The notes under the pieces are model-generated. The model made no database searches. It was not told the DNA's origin and saw nothing but the letters and a program-made list of their open reading frames with translations. From Chiloscyllium plagiosum (Eukaryota), in the NCBI RefSeq assembly GCF_004010195.1, contig NC_057718.1, forward strand, positions 48,302,378-48,328,140: a DNA stretch of 25,763 bases, in the 5' to 3' direction. Below are positions 23,801 to 25,763 of the stretch, piece after piece. The translations under genes were made by a program, and so were the position numbers. Every line of letters starts with the position of its first letter. Positions within the stretch are counted from its first letter, which is position 1.

Positions 23801-24838
23801 AGACTCCTGGGGAACTTGATTACAAACCCTACTCCTGCCCAAAAATACCCATTGATGATTACTCTCTGTTTCCTACTACTCAGCTAATTTTGTATCCACA
23901 TTGTTACTGTCCTTTCCATGATCCATAACTTTCCTCACAAGTCTGTTCAGTGGTATTTTACAGAACAGAATTTCCCAGAATAGGTGACCAGATAGTTGAT
24001 GTGTCCTGAAATTGTGAAAATATGTTACGGAGGAAACAGGGACTTGAGTGCTTTTAATATGTGTCACACACCGTATAGTTGAGCTTAAAAATGTTTTGCT
24101 GGAAAAGCGCAGCAGGTCAGGCAGCATCCAAGGAGGAGAATTGACGTTTCGGGCATAAGCCCTTCTTCAGGAATTCCTGAATTCTCCTTCTCCTTGGATG
24201 CTGCCTGACCTGCTGCGCTTTTCCAGCAACACATTTTTAAGCTCTGATCTCCAGCATCTGCAGTCCTCACTTTCTCCACTGTATAGTTGAGACAGGGTCT
24301 CAGACTTAAGAGACCTGTTCACTTGTATATATGCTTGAATAAAAATCTTTGCTTACTTGAACCCCACAGTCTTGACCCCAACAAACATAAATCAATTTAT
24401 AACTGAAAGCAATTTTTTTTTGTCTTTCACTCACTAACCAGAACCCCCATTTCACAGAGGCATTTAGAATTAACTTAGAATTAATTAACAAATTAGAGGC
24501 ATTTGAATGATAAAACAGGTAGGGCAACTGGAGATGTTTCTAATCTGAAGGCCGACTTAGGAGCAATAGTTATGCATGCCAGATTGTAGAACAAATGAAA
24601 CAGAGAGGTTCCTGTGACTAAAATAGAGACAATGCTTCAAAAACACAACTTCAGAGCATTGAGGAAGTGCCAGTAGTGGCTCGTGGCAGAGGGCTGTTGT
24701 AATTTTGATGTTCGAGAGTAATGGCAGATAGCAGAATTATTAAAAACAATCAGTACCTCTGTCTCTTGTTTTGTGTTCTTCTGAAGATGTGCTGGGATTC
24801 TTAATTTTCCTTCTGTCACTGTCTATCCTTCTCTCCAT
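2832..24838 (-). CDS. Spliced gene (6 coding exons, 160 aa): uncharacterised Arg/Ser- and Lys-rich, probably nuclear protein
   Basis: Exons of 82+126+56+75+93+51 = 483 nt join through GT-AG introns with phases 1,1,0,0,0 into one open frame: MERRIDSDRRKIKNPSTSSEEHKTRDRGKTKRERKRSRSRSSSTTSSSSSSSSSSLSSSSRSRSRSSSRDSQKRSKIKKRKKEKQHKKGGKKEKIKKHKKKKSVCSGPVQISKFLKDRGKSDAYSMITGKRIKMKVKKTKGDKERDRNRAELLQFLNSAM*. Nuclear localisation is inferred from composition only. Confidence 0.85.
3650..3865 (+). mobile_element. Ancient SINE remnant resembling the LF-SINE 3' half
   Basis: 'cactgctagaaagtgtgcatatg...caggtga' and the end '...cagcaaaaatgtcaccttcagaagaag' resemble the LF-SINE consensus as I recall it; highly diverged. 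Confidence 0.4.
4236..4328 (-). CDS. Coding exon 5 (FLKDRGKSDAYSMITGKRIKMKVKKTKGDKE)
   Basis: Acceptor cattctaattgcAG, donor AG|GTATGT; 93 nt, phase 0-0. Confidence 0.9.
5425..5597 (-). mobile_element. CR1 LINE 3' fragment
   Basis: Minus frame encodes ...ENLFSQRVINIWNSL, the typical CR1 ORF2 C-terminal motif (FFsqRVvnlWNsLP). Confidence 0.7.
7804..7878 (-). CDS. Coding exon 4 (GGKKEKIKKHKKKKSVCSGPVQISK)
   Basis: Acceptor tttgcttccttttAG, donor AG|GTAATT; 75 nt, phase 0-0. Confidence 0.9.
8053..8108 (-). CDS. Coding exon 3 (D-SQKRSKIKKRKKEKQHKK)
   Basis: Acceptor gttgttttggcAG, donor AG|GTAAGA; 56 nt, phase 1-0. Confidence 0.88.
9150..10236 (+). mobile_element. CR1 LINE 3' portion (decayed ORF2 C-terminus and 3' UTR), interrupted by a SINE at 9349-9686
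   Basis: VQRDLGIQVHNSIKMATQVDGVVKVAYGLLAFIGQGIEYKS before the SINE; ORF2-like sequence resumes after it; ends with the CR1 tail gaagggcccgttcctgtgctgtactattccatgttc. Confidence 0.85.
9349..9686 (+). mobile_element. HE1-type V-SINE (tRNA-derived), full length
   Basis: A box TGGCACAGTGG, B box-like cTTCAATTCC, V-domain tgtgtggagtttgcacattctccccgtgtctgcgtgggtt...cctcccacagtccaaa, CR1-like 3' end, (AATCT)n tail. Confidence 0.9.
10240..10505 (-). mobile_element. 3' end fragment of the same LINE family as 19195-21290
   Basis: Aligns by eye with 19195-19460 (catgggatgtgg..., ggaagggagtt(c/g)caggatt, gacttgga...). Confidence 0.7.
11026..11151 (-). CDS. Coding exon 2, RS/poly-Ser segment (KTKRERKRSRSRSSSTT...SRSRSRSSSR)
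   Basis: Acceptor ttcttttatatAG, donor AG|GTAAGT; 126 nt, phase 1-1. The serine run uses mixed codons (TCA/TCC/TCT/TCG/AGT), consistent with protein-level constraint. Confidence 0.9.
11205..11365. mobile_element. Fold-back Penelope-like terminal-repeat remnant
   Basis: Inverted arms 11205-11240 and 11307-11342 (32/36 complementary) enclose a hammerhead core; ends in ccagcatctgcagtcctca like the other copies. Confidence 0.75.
11277..11303 (-). ncRNA. Minimal hammerhead ribozyme core (PLE-associated), probably a relic
   Basis: Minus strand reads CUGAUGA-A-GGGU-CCU-GCCC-GAAA-U-GUC. The 5' strand of helix I is disrupted by the inversion junction. Confidence 0.5.
11674..12480 (-). mobile_element. 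Decayed L2/CR1-group LINE 3' fragment, split by a SINE
   Basis: Starts with atttgcatttatatagcacctt, the reverse complement of the aaggtgctatataaatgcaa tail. Purine-rich decayed sequence continues on both sides of the SINE. Confidence 0.5.
11932..12239 (-). mobile_element. HE1-type V-SINE, full length
   Basis: Minus strand starts GGGCGGCACGGTGGCACAGTGGTTAGC (A box), then GGTTCAATTCC (B box), the V-domain, and a tail gtaatgtaatctaaaaaaaaaa. Confidence 0.92.
12529..12978 (-). mobile_element. CR1 LINE 3' end
   Basis: ORF2 C-terminus MLPGLEDLSCRERLNRLGLFSLECRSLRADLIEVHKIMRGMDRV followed by a CR1 3' UTR and tail (gaagggtctgtttccgtgctgtgcatctctatgact). Confidence 0.88.
12979..13255 (-). mobile_element. 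HE1-type V-SINE, 5'-truncated (A box lost)
   Basis: B box GGTTCAACTCC, V-domain and (AATCT)n tail; stops at gggtctc on +. Confidence 0.9.
13263..13330 (+). mobile_element. Isolated HE1 SINE/CR1 3' tail
   Basis: gtgtggactggttgggcctaagggcttgtttttgcactg followed by (AATCT)n. Confidence 0.7.
13488..13623 (+). mobile_element. Penelope-like terminal-repeat remnant with mutated hammerhead core (13497-13524)
   Basis: CTGATGA-A-GGGC-TTAT-GCCC-GAAC-C-GTT (GAAA changed to GAAC), then the shared body ...ggatgctgcctgac...ctccagcatctgcagccctcactttctcc. Confidence 0.8.
14335..14965 (-). mobile_element. CR1 LINE ORF2 C-terminal fragment
   Basis: LPLYRTLARPLLEYCIQCWSPSYRKDVVKAERVQKRLTRMLLGLEDLSYRERLNKLGLFSL... 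is the classic CR1 motif set. Confidence 0.9.
14984..15105 (-). mobile_element. Penelope-like terminal-repeat remnant with short inverted end and 15-bp TSD
   Basis: Flanked by atgaaactgctccct (14969-14983) and atgaaactgttccct (15106-15120). The last ~20 nt (gcagtcctcactttctcc) are in the opposite orientation. Confidence 0.82.
15049..15076 (-). ncRNA. Minimal hammerhead ribozyme core (PLE-associated)
   Basis: Minus strand reads CUGAAGA-A-GGGC-UUAU-GCCC-GAAA-C-GUC: conserved core intact, palindromic ACGU in place of helix III, helix I weak. Confidence 0.6.
15140..16600 (-). mobile_element. Old, internally deleted CR1 LINE
   Basis: Endonuclease C-terminal motif PLGSNDHNMI (SDH-like) at ~16510-16545; an RT-region remnant resembling YRPVSLTS near 15700-15730; CR1-like 3' end near 15140-15440. 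Confidence 0.7.
16885..17125 (+). mobile_element. tRNA-derived SINE of a second family, diverged
   Basis: A-box-like TAGCTttGTTGG (16896-16907), B-box-like ttTTCAATTCC (~16971-16981), tail ...gagagagcaaccctacgatcc...atggcaactttaccttt. Confidence 0.55.
18594..18826 (-). mobile_element. DeuSINE/SacSINE1-like remnant, internally deleted
   Basis: Minus strand has the head gtatcagctgtgactcaatactggcactcttccc...gggtttgcatcccactccagaga joined directly to the tail ttcctacaatacaacagtaactgcaattcagaagtac...ctgtaaagtacattgggatg...atgcaaat. Family assignment is from recalled consensus. Confidence 0.55.
19195..21290 (-). mobile_element. CR1/L2-group LINE with decayed reverse-transcriptase domain and 3' end
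   Basis: RT motifs on minus: WKFAQVCPVHKKQGKSNSASYHPISV...HLVSNKLFTDA, GVSQCDVLGP (GVPQGSVLGP-like) and MFADD (19978-19992). Many stops and frameshifts. Confidence 0.88.
20729..20848 (-). mobile_element. Penelope-like terminal-repeat remnant nested in the LINE, 14-bp TSD
   Basis: Flanked by gaaataatcatcca (20715-20728) and gaaatgatcatcca (20849-20862). Truncated just short of the CUGANGA box. Confidence 0.8.
21292..21622 (+). mobile_element. CR1 LINE 3' end
   Basis: aactttttcatgcagagggtggtcagtgtatggaatgagctgcca (FF.QRVV..WNELP); homologous in reverse to 12529-12880. Confidence 0.85.
21675..22130 (-). mobile_element. Decayed CR1 ORF2 fragment
   Basis: EWAGIQQMKFNSERCD...VIHF resembles the CR1 motif W...WQM.FN..KC.V.HF. 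Confidence 0.65.
22835..23960 (-). mobile_element. CR1 LINE 3' ~1.1 kb
   Basis: On minus: VPQESGLGP, FADDTK (~23706-23723), then IEVFKIMNGLARINREKLF...FFTQRVIRLWNSLP and a CR1 tail. Confidence 0.88.
24084..24277. mobile_element. Young fold-back Penelope-like terminal-repeat remnant with 15-bp TSD
   Basis: Arms 24081-24135 and 24190-24244 are 54/55 complementary. Flanked by caccgtatagttgag (24069-24083) and cactgtatagttgag (24277-24291). Confidence 0.85.
24143..24170 (-). ncRNA. Minimal hammerhead ribozyme core (PLE-associated)
   Basis: Minus strand reads CUGAAGA-A-GGGC-UUAU-GCCC-GAAA-C-GUC. 24135-24174 is identical over 40 nt to 15041-15080. Confidence 0.6.
24757..24838 (-). CDS. Coding exon 1 (MERRIDSDRRKIKNPSTSSEEHKTRDR-G)
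   Basis: ATG in strong Kozak context (attATGG). Upstream acceptor cctttttttgttAG (AG at 24866-24865; exon starts 24864). Donor AG|GTACTG in phase 1, matching the next exon. Confidence 0.72.
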
Positions 24839-25234
24839 AATAAACCAGACAATCACAGATTTTACTAACAAAAAAAGGCCTAGAACAGATCAAAATAATT
24901 CCAGTGAGTACATTAAGCATGAATACAATTATATTTCACAATGGCTGATTAAGCAGCATACTGAGCTGATTTACACAGGAGCCTGAATTGTTCATCTCAG
25001 TTAAGAATCTTTGAAGGACTTCTGCTAGTATTTCAAAAGCATGATTATGATTACTTTCTTGGTTTTCATTTGCTTTTATTTTAGAATGGTTTTAATATGC
25101 ACTGGGATAGTTTTGAAGTTTATACTATGGTGTTGAGAACTTAACTGAAGATCTGGAAAATATTGTTGTGCTTCCTGGAAAGTGCCTCAGGATATCCAAC
25201 CCAAGTGGACACCAATCCATTGACAGAATGGAAA

Positions 25235-25763
25235 TGCTCTGAGTGTAGGCCAGAGTCTGGAGGGTTGGCAGGATGCTGGATGTAGGCTGAAGGTGGTGGT
25301 GCAATTTGGAATGTAGGCAGTGGGTAGGTGAGGAAAGGGAGAGTTTGTCCAGAATATAGGCAGGGTATGGGGAGATTTCACTGGAGTGGGGGGATTCTGG
25401 ATACAGCCGAAAGACAGGAATGGTGCAGCTTGGAGTGCAAGCAGAGGGTAGGTGGGGAGTGTAGGCAGCAGGTGGGGAATTTAAGGGGGGTATGGAGTTT
25501 TGTAGGAGGGTATGGCATGTAGGCAGAGGTTGGGGATGTTTGTCTGGAATGTTGGAGAGGGGAATTCTGGACAGAGTTGAAGGACGGGGATGGTACAGTC
25601 TGGAGTGCAGGCAGGGTATGGACTGGACAAGGGGCTATGGAGCGTAGGCAGTGTGGTATGAGGGTATATGGGGATTATCTGGATTGTGGACATGGGGGGT
25701 GGTGGAAGATGATGCAGCCTGGAGTGCAGACAGAGAGCAGTGCAGAGATCAGCGAGTGGGGAG
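25235..25763 (+). repeat. Degenerate G-rich minisatellite-like tract (runs off the window)
   Basis: Recurrent GGA(G/A)TG(T/C)AG(G/A)CAG motif at irregular spacing, many GGG+ runs and strong G-over-C skew. Confidence 0.65.

Noticed and set aside
24023..24403. Second solo-LTR-like stretch (TGTTAC start, AATAAA at 24338-24343)
   Set aside because: No terminal CA and no TSD; cannot be supported without copy-number data.
1..25763. CRISPR array, operon or other prokaryotic system
   Set aside because: No regularly spaced repeats and no long ORFs; the window is intron-rich vertebrate DNA.

Overview
AT-rich vertebrate genomic DNA. The HE1/V-SINEs with (AATCT)n tails, CR1 LINE ends and Penelope-like remnants point to a cartilaginous fish, most likely a shark (inferred from repeat content). 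None of the supplied ORFs is a complete gene. Reading splice signals by hand gives one minus-strand gene with six coding exons: 24757-24838, 11026-11151, 8053-8108, 7804-7878, 4236-4328 and 2832-2882. All introns are GT-AG with matching phases; the 483 nt encode a 160-aa Arg/Ser/Lys-rich protein ending ...GPVQISKFLKDRGKSDAYSMITGKRIKMKVKKTKGDKERDRNRAELLQFLNSAM*, which I cannot name confidently. The introns are filled with nested, decayed retroelements. Six short Penelope-like terminal-repeat remnants are present; several fold back on themselves and three have 14-15 bp target-site duplications. Four carry a minimal hammerhead ribozyme core (CUGANGA-stem II-GAAA-NGUC; one has GAAC and GUU), and three of those lie on the sense strand of one intron. 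Inverted SINE copies bracket the frame-symmetric RS/poly-Ser exon.
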